From assembly GCA_016432465.1 (NCBI GenBank), contig CP066690.1:250702-314701 (forward strand): 64,000 bases of DNA. Reading direction: 5' to 3'. Position 1 is the stretch's first letter. Each line of letters opens with the position of its first letter. This stretch comes from Candidatus Sungiibacteriota bacterium. GTDB taxonomy: Bacteria > Patescibacteriota > Minisyncoccia > Sungbacterales > HO2-52-23. The notes beneath the pieces are model-generated. The model made no database searches and had not been told where the DNA came from. It saw nothing but the letters and a program-made list of their open reading frames with translations. The position numbers were made by a program, and so were the translations under genes. This document shows, one piece after another, positions 30,138-40,213 of this stretch.

Positions 30138-30515
30138 CTATCTGCCAAGAGCGCTCTGTATTTTTTCTACAATCTCTTCAAGCGAAAAGTTGGTCTTCAC
30201 GAGATAATCAAGAGCTCCGAGGCGTTTTGCCTCTTCAACATCTGACCATTCCGCCAAGTTGGAAAGCACAATAACTTTTGTTCCCGGCCCACCCGGCTGG
30301 CGGCGAATAGTCCGCAGGGTATCAAAACCGTTTTGATCAGGAAGGAGAATATCCAAAAGTATCAAATCCGGTTTCACCTCCGGAAATTTTTTAATTCCTT
30401 CAACTCCTGTCTTGGCCGTAACAACCTCAAAACCGGCTTCCTGCAATTCATGAACCAAAAGACCCACCATAAAGACATCATCTTCTATTAATAGGATTTT
30501 TTTATTTTCAGTCAT
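30138..30515 (-). CDS. single-domain response regulator
   Basis: LLIEDD, PDLILLDILLP, GALDYLVK. Confidence 0.92.
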   Translation of the reverse strand: MTENKKILLIEDDVFMVGLLVHELQEAGFEVVTAKTGVEGIKKFPEVKPDLILLDILLPDQNGFDTLRTIRRQPGGPGTKVIVLSNLAEWSDVEEAKRLGALDYLVKTNFSLEEIVEKIQSALGR

Positions 30516-30575
30516 AACCTGATAATACCAGTAAAAATAGTTGACGGTCTATAGTCTACAAAGATTTTCTATAGC

Positions 30576-30649
30576 TGGGTGTCCAGAGGGAATCGAACCC
30601 TCGTAGCCGCCTCCACAGGGCGGAGCTCTACCACTAAGCTATGGACACC
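30576..30649 (-). tRNA. tRNA-His(GTG)
   Basis: CCGCC-CTGTGGA-GGCGG anticodon arm; G-1:C73. Confidence 0.93.
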
Positions 30650-31128
30650 GTAAGTCTTTCCTTCTCCGTATTGTAATGATGAACCAGAAAATGGCAATTG
30701 TGGCACAACCAACACAAGTTTTTCAGCTTATTATTTTTACGGTTTTGGTCAAAGTGATGAACTACTAGGACCTGTAAATCTCTTTGACAACATAATCTAC
30801 AAACCGGCGGAATCCTACTGCGCAGCAGCATATTTTTATACGCATTTTCTCCGTGCCGCCAGTTGGCATGACTTGATCCGGTAAAAGTTGAGTGTCTCCA
30901 CTTCAGTTGACAAGCCCTACTGCAAAAATACTTTTTACTTTTAGACCTATTAAGAAATCTCTTTTGCCTATAAATCTTTTTTCGGCACAGAAAACAGGCC
31001 ACAATTCTTCCATTCTTTCTGCTCCGACGCTCGCATACCAATGAGCAGTATTTACCCCATCCCTTCTTAAGCCAGTGCGGTTTGGCATAAAAAGGCTTTT
31101 TACACAGCCTACAATTTACTTGCGGCAC
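30634..31128 (-). CDS. HNH endonuclease with N-terminal Cys-rich Zn fingers
   Basis: CxxC..YCS..C twice; C-terminal CxxC..VHH.D.N..NN...NL..LCHNCH; stop codon lies inside tRNA-His. Confidence 0.85.
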   Translation of the reverse strand: MPQVNCRLCKKPFYAKPHWLKKGWGKYCSLVCERRSRKNGRIVACFLCRKKIYRQKRFLNRSKSKKYFCSRACQLKWRHSTFTGSSHANWRHGENAYKNMLLRSRIPPVCRLCCQRDLQVLVVHHFDQNRKNNKLKNLCWLCHNCHFLVHHYNTEKERLTVSIA

Positions 31129-31615
31129 GATTGATTACGTTTAGTATTGTATTACGATGAAGCACAGTGTGACAATTATGGCAGAGCCACATTAAATTAC
31201 TTATCCTATTATTCAGGTGATTACGGTCTTTATGGTGCACGACCAGTACACGTTTGTCAGTAATCTTGCAGAAACTGCATACTTCTTCTTTTGATGCTCG
31301 TCTCAAAAAGGCGCGGTAGGAGCCGCTAGAAAAACCGCCCCTCCAGTTTAAATGCCTTGGTCCGATGTACTGCAGCGTATTACGCCAGATTGTTTGACAC
31401 GATTTGTTACAAAAATATTTCTTGCTTTTTGATTTTTGTAAATCCGCCCTTGATCTATAAATTGATTTTCCGCACAAAAAGCACGCAAGTATTTTTCCTG
31501 TTTTCTGCCCCTCGTTTTTACACTTCAGTGAACAGTACTTGCCCCAGCCGGCCCTTCTAAAGGAGGGTCGCACATAGAATCTGGATTTACAAACCCTACA
31601 CCGAGTAGCCTGCAT
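31109..31615 (-). CDS. HNH endonuclease with N-terminal Cys-rich Zn fingers (tandem paralogue)
   Basis: Same architecture: VHHKDRNHLNNRISNLMWLCHNCH. Confidence 0.85.
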   Translation of the reverse strand: MQATRCRVCKSRFYVRPSFRRAGWGKYCSLKCKNEGQKTGKILACFLCGKSIYRSRADLQKSKSKKYFCNKSCQTIWRNTLQYIGPRHLNWRGGFSSGSYRAFLRRASKEEVCSFCKITDKRVLVVHHKDRNHLNNRISNLMWLCHNCHTVLHRNTILNVINRAASKL

Positions 31616-31745
31616 GTAACTATAGTATAGACGCAAAGAATGAAAATGGCAAACAGGGGGCTTCAGGTTATCCACAACCTCTCGTGATAACAAAGGGGAT
31701 TACGGGAATTTGTAAAATATAGCTTTGGGTGGTATCATCTCCTAT

Positions 31746-33098
31746 ATGGCAAAACCAAAAACTGATAAAAATAAAGAGGCGTCAAAAGCGAAAAAAATCA
31801 AACCGGAACTGCCGGGCGGATTTCGCGACTTCGGACCGGCCGAGGCCATAATCAAACAGCGGTTGATTGAGCGTCTGCGAAAAACTTTTGAGGACTTTGG
31901 TTTTGACCCCATAGAAACTCCGGCGGTGGAACGAACAGAAATACTTACCGGCGGCGAAAAAGAATCGCAGAAAATTATCTTTAACGTAAAAGGGTCAAAG
32001 GAGAAAAAATCGGATATGTCGCTTCGGTTTGACCTTACTGTTCCTTTGGCGCGCTTTTTGGCGGCCAATCCGGAAACCCCCAAACCCTTTCGCCGTTACC
32101 AAATTGGTCGCGCGTGGCGCGGCGAATCGCCCCAAGCCGGCCGTTACCGCGAATTTACCCAAGCCGATATTGATATTGTCGGCTCCTCTTCTATGGAAGC
32201 GGATTCAGAAATTACTGCCCTTGTTTATCAGATTTTTAAAAATCTTGGTATTAAACGATTCGTTATCAAAATCAACAACCGCAAAATTTTAAACGGCCTT
32301 CCGCAACTTGCCGGCTTTCCCGAAAAAAAACTCCTGGAGACCCTGCGTATTATAGACAAAAAAGATAAAATCGGCGAGGCGGCGGTCAAAAAAGAACTGA
32401 CAAAACTATTAAAAAAGAAAGCCGCCGAAAAAGTGGAAGAGTTCATCGGGCTTTCCGGCGACACCAAAAATAAACTTATGCGCGCTCGCGAACTTTTTCG
32501 TGAAAATAAAGAAGCTGCGGAGGGGGTGGACGAACTCGTGGAGATAGCAAGAAATCTTAATGCTTCCGGCGTTGACCCCAACAACTGGAAAATTGATTTT
32601 TCCACTGTCCGGGGACTGGATTATTACACCGGCCCTGTTTTTGAGACAGTGCTTCTTGCGACTCCGGAATACGGAAGCGTAGCCTCGGGCGGACGATATG
32701 ACAACCTTATGATCCCTTTCACTGGTCAGAAAATTCCAGCCGTAGGGATTTCTATAGGAGTAGATCGCTTTCTTGCGGCCTTGGATAAATTGGGGCTCCT
32801 GAAAAAGAGGCCAACCAGGGTGAAAATATTGATCCTGAATCTTGGCCCTGAATTTAGACCCGAATACTTCTCGTTTGCCAAAAATCTGCGTGGAGCAAAC
32901 TTAAATACGGAACTTTATGTGGGAGACGACCGCTCTTTTCAAGCCCAACTGGCTTACGCTGTAAAAAAAGAAATCCCGTATGTTTTGATCTACGGAGATC
33001 AGGACAGAAAAAAAGGCGTGGTGACCATCAGGAATCTCGTTACGCGCGAGCAAAAAGAAATCCCCAAAGGAAATATCCTGCTGTATTTCAAAAAATAA
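31746..33098 (+). CDS. hisS: histidyl-tRNA synthetase
   Basis: LRFDLTVPLAR, GRYREFTQADID, RGLDYYTG, GGRYDNL. Confidence 0.97.
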   Translation: MAKPKTDKNKEASKAKKIKPELPGGFRDFGPAEAIIKQRLIERLRKTFEDFGFDPIETPAVERTEILTGGEKESQKIIFNVKGSKEKKSDMSLRFDLTVPLARFLAANPETPKPFRRYQIGRAWRGESPQAGRYREFTQADIDIVGSSSMEADSEITALVYQIFKNLGIKRFVIKINNRKILNGLPQLAGFPEKKLLETLRIIDKKDKIGEAAVKKELTKLLKKKAAEKVEEFIGLSGDTKNKLMRARELFRENKEAAEGVDELVEIARNLNASGVDPNNWKIDFSTVRGLDYYTGPVFETVLLATPEYGSVASGGRYDNLMIPFTGQKIPAVGISIGVDRFLAALDKLGLLKKRPTRVKILILNLGPEFRPEYFSFAKNLRGANLNTELYVGDDRSFQAQLAYAVKKEIPYVLIYGDQDRKKGVVTIRNLVTREQKEIPKGNILLYFKK

Positions 33099-33396
33099 CC
33101 GCTTCCCGCAAATTCTCAGCCAGAGGCTGATTCGCCTTTGACGGAAAATAGGGTTCGAGTCCCGATGGCAAGCCACCGAGGATCCTCGACAAAGTCGGGA
33201 TCGGTGTTTTTCTCTGGGTTTTTCTATTGTTCCTATACTTTAACTTCTGCGGCGATAGTCGCCTCTTTCCTTTTTCATAAAAATATCGGCGATCTCGGAC
33301 GCAACGAGATACGTCTCATGGGAGACGAAACATCTTTTTAACTCGCGATATGGACAGTAATTTTTGATTCTTCGGGTCAGCCAGCGCTTCGGCCAA

Positions 33397-33675
33397 TCAT
33401 GCCGTATCTTTTAGGTACTCATCCATTTCCTCTGCCGTGGAAAAAGCCGGGGAGATATTTTTCCAATTACGAAAGTCTTTACTGGCCCGACGGAGAAGCT
33501 CTGCGGTTTTTTTATTGGGTCGCAGCGGTACGAAAAAATTTACCCGCGGTTCGCGGCCTAACTGTTTGAGGTACACGTTAACTATGGTGCTAAGCGGTAT
33601 ACCGAGCTCTTTGGCCACTTTCTGCGCCCGCTTCTTCACGTCTACGTCGGCCTTTATACTGATTAGGGTTTTCAT
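33397..33675 (-). CDS. RelB/DinJ-family antitoxin (no toxin seen adjacent)
   Basis: Ribbon-helix-helix ISIKAD..VK..A..V..ELGIPLS; terminal F.TAEEM. Confidence 0.78.
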   Translation of the reverse strand: MKTLISIKADVDVKKRAQKVAKELGIPLSTIVNVYLKQLGREPRVNFFVPLRPNKKTAELLRRASKDFRNWKNISPAFSTAEEMDEYLKDTA

Positions 33676-33743
33676 ACATCTATAGTATATACAACGGTCG
33701 TTATGTGTTAAGCCGCAAGCGGCCGCATTGTTTTTCTAAAACT

Positions 33744-33816
33744 TCCGCCCAGAGGGACTTGGACCCCCAACCTTCTCCTTAGAACGGAGTTGCTCTGTCC
33801 ATTGAGCTATGGGCGG
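33744..33816 (-). tRNA. tRNA-Arg(TCT)
   Basis: CCGCCCA/TGGGCGG acceptor, GTTCTAA anticodon loop. Confidence 0.87.
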
Positions 33817-33833
33817 ACTTTCAAAATTATAAT

Positions 33834-34127
33834 CTATTTTTTAGTATTTGTCACCTTTAAAAGCTCATTAAATTTTTTATCGCGCTCATCCAGAATATTA
33901 ATAACTTCTTCCAGCCCGTCCTTGGTCAATATTTGAGTGGCCGCGGTAACTTCTTCCGGTACCTGCGGAACAAAAACCGTGCGATAAAAAATATAGCCGT
34001 CCAAAAGTACTAAAATCAAAGAGAGAGCCATAAGTATCAAAACCCACGCAAAAATAACGTTGTCTTCGCTTAAATTACGTGGTCCCAACAAGGGTATTTT
34101 ATTTTTAAAACTTGGGAGAACTCTCAT
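33834..34127 (-). CDS. membrane protein, last gene of the pilus operon
   Basis: Single TM; 4 bp from the PilO-like gene. Confidence 0.65.
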   Translation of the reverse strand: MRVLPSFKNKIPLLGPRNLSEDNVIFAWVLILMALSLILVLLDGYIFYRTVFVPQVPEEVTAATQILTKDGLEEVINILDERDKKFNELLKVTNTKK

Positions 34128-34131
34128 AAAT

Positions 34132-34674
34132 CTATAGCGCCCTTACGCTTATTAACAAAATAATACGGCTTGCGGGTCCAATCGTTTTACTTGATGCTGT
34201 TGTTTCGCGGCCCAGTTTTTGAAATATAAGTTCCTCTGGACGAATTTCAAACGGCGCAAGCTCAAGCAGTCTCAAGTATTGACGCGTGCTACTTTCGCTC
34301 CCATCAATAGTAACGCGGAAAAATAGAGCTTTCCCCTTGCTTTTTATCTCATCAAAATCAAGGGCCATGAGATTATTGGTCTTTTTGGCCATGCCCTCCA
34401 GAAATTCTATAAAAGCAACCGGCCGTTCGCGATCAACCGTAAAAGCTTCAATCCGGGAAAAATCTTTGACGCGGTCCTCAAGGAATTTTGTGGAAACACG
34501 GGCCGACTTTCGTTCTTCCTCCAGTAAAACAATGCCCGCTTTTGTTTTTTTAATATTTTCTGACGCCTCGCGCACCGAATTCCCCAACCACAAGAAAAAC
34601 AGCAAAAAACCAACCGCAAGAAATACAACAACCGAGGTGTAAATTATTATTTTTTTGTATTCGTGGGAATTCAT
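34132..34674 (-). CDS. PilO-like pilus assembly protein
   Basis: TM, coiled coil and ferredoxin-like domain; position after pilN. Confidence 0.7.
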   Translation of the reverse strand: MNSHEYKKIIIYTSVVVFLAVGFLLFFLWLGNSVREASENIKKTKAGIVLLEEERKSARVSTKFLEDRVKDFSRIEAFTVDRERPVAFIEFLEGMAKKTNNLMALDFDEIKSKGKALFFRVTIDGSESSTRQYLRLLELAPFEIRPEELIFQKLGRETTASSKTIGPASRIILLISVRAL

Positions 34675-34678
34675 AAAA

Positions 34679-35227
34679 TCACAGGGAGTGAAGAACTTTA
34701 AGTTTTCCTTGCAGAGTAAAATCAATGTTTTCTTCACGTAGAATGTCGCTCAGACGAAGAGTAATCTCCTGAAACCGGCCCGAGTCGCGCAGGCGTTTCT
34801 CATAACTCAACAGGTCGCTTCTGGTTCTGGACCTTCCTACTAATGCCACTAAACCATCTTTTTTAACGGTAACGGCTTCCAGCTTAATCCCGCCCCCGGC
34901 TTCTCCAAATAAAAAATCCAAAAAGGACGAGGCGCGAGGCGGAGTTTGGGTAAAACTTTTAATAGCGTCTGCGCTCGTACGCATCTTATGAATACGCGCT
35001 AAGGTTATATCAATTCCTAGTTTGCGCGAGGCCTGTTCTTCCAAAATAAGAGACCTCTCAACCTCTTTTTGCTCCAAATACAAAGGCAAAAAAGAAGGTA
35101 TAAGAAGCACCGAACCAACGCCAAAAGCCGCTGCAGCGCCCAACGCGAAAAGCCGCAGGAGACGTCCTTTTTCTTCCAGCCTTACAGCTCTCTTTTTTTC
35201 AGGTGGTAAAAGATTTATAGTAAGCAT
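34679..35227 (-). CDS. pilN: PilN-like pilus assembly protein
   Basis: N-terminal INLLP PilM-binding motif followed by a TM. Confidence 0.82.
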   Translation of the reverse strand: MLTINLLPPEKKRAVRLEEKGRLLRLFALGAAAAFGVGSVLLIPSFLPLYLEQKEVERSLILEEQASRKLGIDITLARIHKMRTSADAIKSFTQTPPRASSFLDFLFGEAGGGIKLEAVTVKKDGLVALVGRSRTRSDLLSYEKRLRDSGRFQEITLRLSDILREENIDFTLQGKLKVLHSL

Positions 35228-36313
35228 TTATCTTGCGCCTCGCAGGGCCAAACCAATAGCCGTGGCGTAGGCGAGTGATTGATTTTTGGGTATAGGCGGG
35301 ACAACAGGACCGCCCATTTTTCTAAGTACGATAAAAGGGTCCGTATGGTGCACCGGAATTTTAAGGGCACTCGCAAGATATGTATCAAGCCCGTAAAGAT
35401 TGGCGTCGCCGCCGGAAAGAAGAATAGAAGCGACGCCGGGACTTGCGCCATGCAAATGCGCCGCGTGACTTTCGTAGTAAGCAACCGCGTGTTTCAGCTC
35501 TTCGGCAAGCGTGGAGACCAGCGGCGAAAGGGCCGTAAAAATTTTTCCCTCAAAAGCTTTTTTGTTAAGCCCAAACTCTTTCTTCAGCGCCGTAGCTTTT
35601 TCTTCGCTCACGGCAAGGGCCTTCACAATATTTTCTTCAATAACGCGCCCCCCTAAATCAACCGTGCGCGTAAATACGATGGCGCCCCCAGAAACTATAA
35701 TAAAACTTGTGCGGTTGCGCCCCATATCTACTATTATTTTAGCCTCGTGCGTCCTGACTTCAGGGACCACGGCGCGAATAACCGCCTGTAGCTCCAGCTC
35801 AAGCGCAACTGGCCTAAATCCCACTCGGGAAAGCACTCGCACATAAGAATCTACGGTGGTTTTGGGATAAGCCGTAATCACTACGTCAAAATGGTCCAAG
35901 TGATCTTCCAACGGCTCAACTATTTCGTAATCAAAAACCAAGTCCTCAACCGGCATAGGAACATTGGCCTCAATCTCCCAACGGACAGCTCCGGCGACTT
36001 CATCCCTTTTCACGCGGGGAAGCTGTATAAGACGAAGGAAACTTTTTTCTTCCGGCAGAGAAGCAACCACAAATGACGAGCGAAGCTCGCGCCCCTCCTT
36101 ACCAAGCCATGAGGATAAAATTTTAACCAGCGCTTCTTCGTCTTTCACTTCCCCACCAACAATCAGGTTTGCTGGAATCGTAAATTCCCCGAATAAACTA
36201 AGAAGGCCCCCCGAGCGCAGTTTTATATATTTTATAGAGGTGTCGGAAATATCCAGCCCAACCACGGGAAACTTTATGAGCGAGCGCACCAGATTTACAA
36301 TTTTTTCCTTCAT
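35228..36313 (-). CDS. pilM: type IV pilus assembly protein PilM
   Basis: GLDISD, VDMG, LLSGG, ATAIGLALR actin-like fold. Confidence 0.92.
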   Translation of the reverse strand: MKEKIVNLVRSLIKFPVVGLDISDTSIKYIKLRSGGLLSLFGEFTIPANLIVGGEVKDEEALVKILSSWLGKEGRELRSSFVVASLPEEKSFLRLIQLPRVKRDEVAGAVRWEIEANVPMPVEDLVFDYEIVEPLEDHLDHFDVVITAYPKTTVDSYVRVLSRVGFRPVALELELQAVIRAVVPEVRTHEAKIIVDMGRNRTSFIIVSGGAIVFTRTVDLGGRVIEENIVKALAVSEEKATALKKEFGLNKKAFEGKIFTALSPLVSTLAEELKHAVAYYESHAAHLHGASPGVASILLSGGDANLYGLDTYLASALKIPVHHTDPFIVLRKMGGPVVPPIPKNQSLAYATAIGLALRGAR

Positions 36314-36327
36314 AAGTATATTATACC

Positions 36328-37689
36328 CTACTCTACCTCTTTCCAGTATTTTAAGTCGGCACCGCCTACGGAACCGGAAGAAAACTTGGTATTAACAAGG
36401 TTGCCGTTATATTCAACCGTGGCGCCGTTTTCAAGATGAACCTTGTACCCGACAAGGCTCGTGGCCGTCACGTTATTGTGAAGATAAATCATACCGGAAG
36501 AAGCATAAAATATGGCGCCGGTTGCGTTATTATGAAGATCAATCACAGAGTCGTGATGGCCTCCGCCGGAAGCGGTGGTAAGAAGCATAAGAAAACTGCC
36601 TGCCGTGCCCGATCCTTGAAAAAGTCCATTATTTTTAATATGCATCCAGCCGTCAGACATAAGCACGCCGGACTTATCTCCAAAAGAGGAATCAAGACGC
36701 ACGGTTGATCCATTATCAATAGTCACGTTGCATTTTACCCATACTATCCCTTTGAGAACCAGCACTTGGTTGTTGTCTAAAAGAAGATTGGTTTCTATTA
36801 CTCCGCCGTTCAGGGTATAGGGATTAGTTGGAGGACTCCAGTCCTGACTGCAGGAGCCTGAAGCAACCGTACCAATGACTTGTGCCTCCTGTTTCCACTG
36901 AGTAACCGTAGCGTCAGACACAGAAAGAGGAACCGGGGCGGGATTGGAAGGGGGTGGTGTATTTGGAAATTGCTGGCCAAGAATCAAGGTATCGGGATCA
37001 ATTATTTGGTAATAGCCGTCTCCGTTAATTAACGAGGCTTTTAATTCGTTGGCGTGCGCTCCCAACCCAATTACCGAAGCGTCTATCAGGGTGGTGGAAG
37101 AGGCATAACCATCTACTACGCTTGCCGTTATTAAGTTGGCCTGTGCGTTTCCATTTACAACCCCTTTATCAATTTTGGAAGTTCCTGCGGCCACGGCATT
37201 GCCGGTAATGGTGGAGTTCGTTGTTCCAATAATATGTCCGTTGGAATAAACACTTCCTTTAACAGTGGAGTTAGACATCATCTCCAATCCTCCTGCTCCA
37301 ACCTGCGCTCCATAAAGAAGTGGAACATCGGCAGACGAGGCAATTTCAATAAGGGCTTCCAGATTTTTCTGTGATCTGCCAAGTTTTCCTTCGGAGCGTA
37401 TAGTGCGCTGACTGCCCAGCGTAGTAACTGTCGTTGTGCTTGTGCCATTGCCTACGATAAGGGTTTCGCTTCCGCCAACTTGTTTTCCACTCACCAAACG
37501 ATAGATCACGTCCTCAAGGCCGCCCTCGGCAATGTACTTCGCCCCAAGAGAGCGGTTGAAAACACGACTGGTATTTACTTCCTGAAAAGAAAAAAAGGCA
37601 AACCCGCCTATTATGGTGAGTGAGACAATCACCGTGATCATGGTTACAGTGAGGGCCGCCCAACCGCGTTGTGATCTTAAAATAAACAT
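36328..37689 (-). CDS. PilX-like minor pilin with beta-helix-like C-terminus
   Basis: SQRG|WAALTV leader without Glu5; A.Y.AEGGLE motif. Confidence 0.75.
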   Translation of the reverse strand: MFILRSQRGWAALTVTMITVIVSLTIIGGFAFFSFQEVNTSRVFNRSLGAKYIAEGGLEDVIYRLVSGKQVGGSETLIVGNGTSTTTVTTLGSQRTIRSEGKLGRSQKNLEALIEIASSADVPLLYGAQVGAGGLEMMSNSTVKGSVYSNGHIIGTTNSTITGNAVAAGTSKIDKGVVNGNAQANLITASVVDGYASSTTLIDASVIGLGAHANELKASLINGDGYYQIIDPDTLILGQQFPNTPPPSNPAPVPLSVSDATVTQWKQEAQVIGTVASGSCSQDWSPPTNPYTLNGGVIETNLLLDNNQVLVLKGIVWVKCNVTIDNGSTVRLDSSFGDKSGVLMSDGWMHIKNNGLFQGSGTAGSFLMLLTTASGGGHHDSVIDLHNNATGAIFYASSGMIYLHNNVTATSLVGYKVHLENGATVEYNGNLVNTKFSSGSVGGADLKYWKEVE

Positions 37690-37693
37690 AAAA

Positions 37694-38350
37694 TCAATAA
37701 TTACCACGAAGCGCCGTAGTTGAGGTTAAACTAATAGAGCTTGTAAATTTGGGGCGGGCATAACTTACTTCAACGGTCATACGGACTGCTTCCCGCCCCA
37801 ACCCCTGCGACAAACGTTCCAACCGGAATTTATTAATTTTTACGGAGGCGGCAGAAATGGGAATGGCGGACTGCCCCTCTTGACGCAGCCAAAGCCTGCC
37901 GTTATCAACATAATAATCAACGTAGGCCGCGGCGTGCCCAGCCTGAACCCCAACAACCGTTATCAAAGAAAGCTGGCCGGAATCAATGTTAAAACGGCTC
38001 GTGGGAGAATAAATCTCTCCTGATTGGGCCAGTGACTTGGTTATCGTTTCCAGTAGCAGGCGGCCGTTGGAAAGAACTTCCCGTTCGGCCCGCGCCCGAT
38101 AATAAGCGTTAACCGTATTTATGAAAGAATTCACCACAAAAACAAGAAGCAGGCCCAAAAGCGCCACATAGATTATTATCTCAATAAGGGTAAGCCCTTT
38201 ATCCCCCCACCTTCCCAGAATACCCGCAGCTTGGGAAGTCAGACTTCCCTTGCTGCGGGGATGAATGGGCGCCGTAGAAATCCTTCCCGCGGGGTCCAAT
38301 ACCCCGCTGGGAAGGTGGGGGGATTTATTTTGGCGGTTAATCCTGATCAT
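37694..38350 (-). CDS. PilW-like prepilin with an in-frame repeat insertion in the leader
   Basis: KG|LTLIEIIIY N-methylation motif. Confidence 0.8.
   Translation of the reverse strand: MIRINRQNKSPHLPSGVLDPAGRISTAPIHPRSKGSLTSQAAGILGRWGDKGLTLIEIIIYVALLGLLLVFVVNSFINTVNAYYRARAEREVLSNGRLLLETITKSLAQSGEIYSPTSRFNIDSGQLSLITVVGVQAGHAAAYVDYYVDNGRLWLRQEGQSAIPISAASVKINKFRLERLSQGLGREAVRMTVEVSYARPKFTSSISLTSTTALRGNY
38198..38328. mobile_element. MITE-like repeat family A, copy 2 (126 bp, in frame in a prepilin leader)
   Basis: TTTAT direct repeats at 38198 and 38324 flank CCCCCCACCTTCCCAG...CTGGGAAGGTGGGGGG. Confidence 0.85.
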
Positions 38351-39368
38351 AGATTTTAAATCCAAAGTCATATTGATCCAGAAGCTGTCCGGAATCACTG
38401 GGGTTAGAAAGCCGACCAACATATCTACGAGCTACTCCGCCCGGATAGGGACTTGACGCTGTTTGCTTGTAACCCCAGTAAATCGTTCCTGTTGATCCGG
38501 AAAGCGCATCGGTTGAAGATGGAATGCTGCGCAGCCTTATAAAATAGGTGGTTGAGGGGTTAAGAGAAACCAGATCCGGAAAACGGAAAGGCACCCAAGA
38601 CAAGGTACTACTGGCAATCGTTGGTGAAGTTACGATATTGGAAGTTCCGAGCACCACACCAGTAGGACTTGGCCGCAGTTCCGCATAAATATCGGACGGG
38701 GACGCAGTTACCCTCCGTAAAAAAAGCTCAACTTTGGTTACCTGCAGAGATGAACTCAAGGTGGTAAAAGATTGCGCCGGATCTCCGTTGCCTGAATTAC
38801 CCGACGGAAAATTTGGCAGATCCCCATCCGTAGTCGCATCCTCAAAAGACATCACCTTGCTCTCCTGCGGCGGAGACAAAGATGCCTGAAAATTGGCAAT
38901 ATAGGTTACGAGTTCCACCGTAGATGTGGCCGATGCTTTTTTCCACTCCACGCGCGCAATTGCCTTACGCGTGGACGCGTCAGAAGTTCCGGACGAAGAT
39001 ATACGATCTTGCGCATCACGAAATACTTCTGACAATACTACATACCGATAGTACCTATTGTTAATAAGGGCAGCGGGCGGAGTGGAGCTAAACGTCCACT
39101 TGCCGTTGGTAATTGAGGGATAATAAGACGTGGAGTTGGCCAGTACGGCGATGTTGGAACTCCACGACTCATCACGCACGGAACGAACCGCTTCCAGCGC
39201 CTCTTCGGCAAGCAATGTTGCTTCCAGATTTTCTTTTTCATTGCGCAATAAACGCACGGCCATAATCCCGACCTGTGCAAATCCAAAAAGCGCTACCGTG
39301 ATTACCGCGGTTACAACTATAATCTCAATCACGCCAAATCCTTGTTTTAAACGGCGAACATATTTCAT
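38337..39368 (-). CDS. PilV-like prepilin with an extra C-terminal domain
   Basis: KQG|FGVIEII motif. Confidence 0.8.
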   Translation of the reverse strand: MKYVRRLKQGFGVIEIIVVTAVITVALFGFAQVGIMAVRLLRNEKENLEATLLAEEALEAVRSVRDESWSSNIAVLANSTSYYPSITNGKWTFSSTPPAALINNRYYRYVVLSEVFRDAQDRISSSGTSDASTRKAIARVEWKKASATSTVELVTYIANFQASLSPPQESKVMSFEDATTDGDLPNFPSGNSGNGDPAQSFTTLSSSLQVTKVELFLRRVTASPSDIYAELRPSPTGVVLGTSNIVTSPTIASSTLSWVPFRFPDLVSLNPSTTYFIRLRSIPSSTDALSGSTGTIYWGYKQTASSPYPGGVARRYVGRLSNPSDSGQLLDQYDFGFKIYDQD

Positions 39369-40210
39369 GGTTCGCTCATCACGCCTCCAAAAGCGCCGAC
39401 CGTGACTGTTTGACAATCCGCCCCATAGGTCGCGATCTCGCGCGTGTCAATTGATAACTTTAGTTTTTTATTGTTTTTGCGGCAGTCCCTATCAATATGA
39501 AGAGTCGTATTGGTGTCGCTAATTGAAACTGCATGTATACGTAGCGTCTGATTTTGTCCGCCAACCACAATCGTACCTGTCCAATCAAAAATAGTGCGGG
39601 GCGGTGCGGGAGTCATAGTTATGGTAGAAACCGTATCTGGATTGGGCGGATCAAAAAACACAAGAGTCGCCGCCACTGAATTCTTAATGCTCCACCCGAG
39701 CCCAAAAGAACGATGCCGCGCATCCGCAATACGACTTCCCAGCGCCGCCGGAACACTGCCTGTCTGGTAGGTCTTGCCCGACCCCTCAACAGTAACTGAA
39801 AAAGTATTGGCAGAAACAGATGCTGTACGCAAGTCAAAACCGCCGCTCTGGTCGGTAGCTCCGCTTATTTTTTTAAAAACAATTTCCTGTCCGCCTCCGG
39901 CAAGGACAATGTTGGCAACTTCAATGCCAGAAGGCAGAGCGTGAACTTCGGTCAAGGTTGATCCGGAAAAAGATGCCCCGCGAAAAAGAGTAAATTGATT
40001 TTGTTCTAGTTTAACTCCCCATGGCGAATTATCCTCGCCGCCCAAGGCCCTTGCTTGAGCAAAACGAAGTATGGATAAAACATTTCCTCCGGCAGTGGTA
40101 AGGTCGCGCACTCGGCGCGAGTTTGTAAAAGACACCAAACTCACCGCGCCTAAAAGAGCGAGGATGGCAACGGATACAACAACTTCCAATAAGGTAATGC
40201 CGCGGCGCAT
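39365..40210 (-). CDS. FimT/GspH-like prepilin
   Basis: RRG|ITLLEVVV; LRFAQARAL. Confidence 0.83.
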   Translation of the reverse strand: MRRGITLLEVVVSVAILALLGAVSLVSFTNSRRVRDLTTAGGNVLSILRFAQARALGGEDNSPWGVKLEQNQFTLFRGASFSGSTLTEVHALPSGIEVANIVLAGGGQEIVFKKISGATDQSGGFDLRTASVSANTFSVTVEGSGKTYQTGSVPAALGSRIADARHRSFGLGWSIKNSVAATLVFFDPPNPDTVSTITMTPAPPRTIFDWTGTIVVGGQNQTLRIHAVSISDTNTTLHIDRDCRKNNKKLKLSIDTREIATYGADCQTVTVGAFGGVMSEP

Positions 40211-40213
40211 GAC

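Noticed and set aside
33150-33177. tRNA gene at GGGTTCGAGTCCC
   Set aside because: Only a T-arm-like fragment; no D arm, anticodon arm or acceptor partner found
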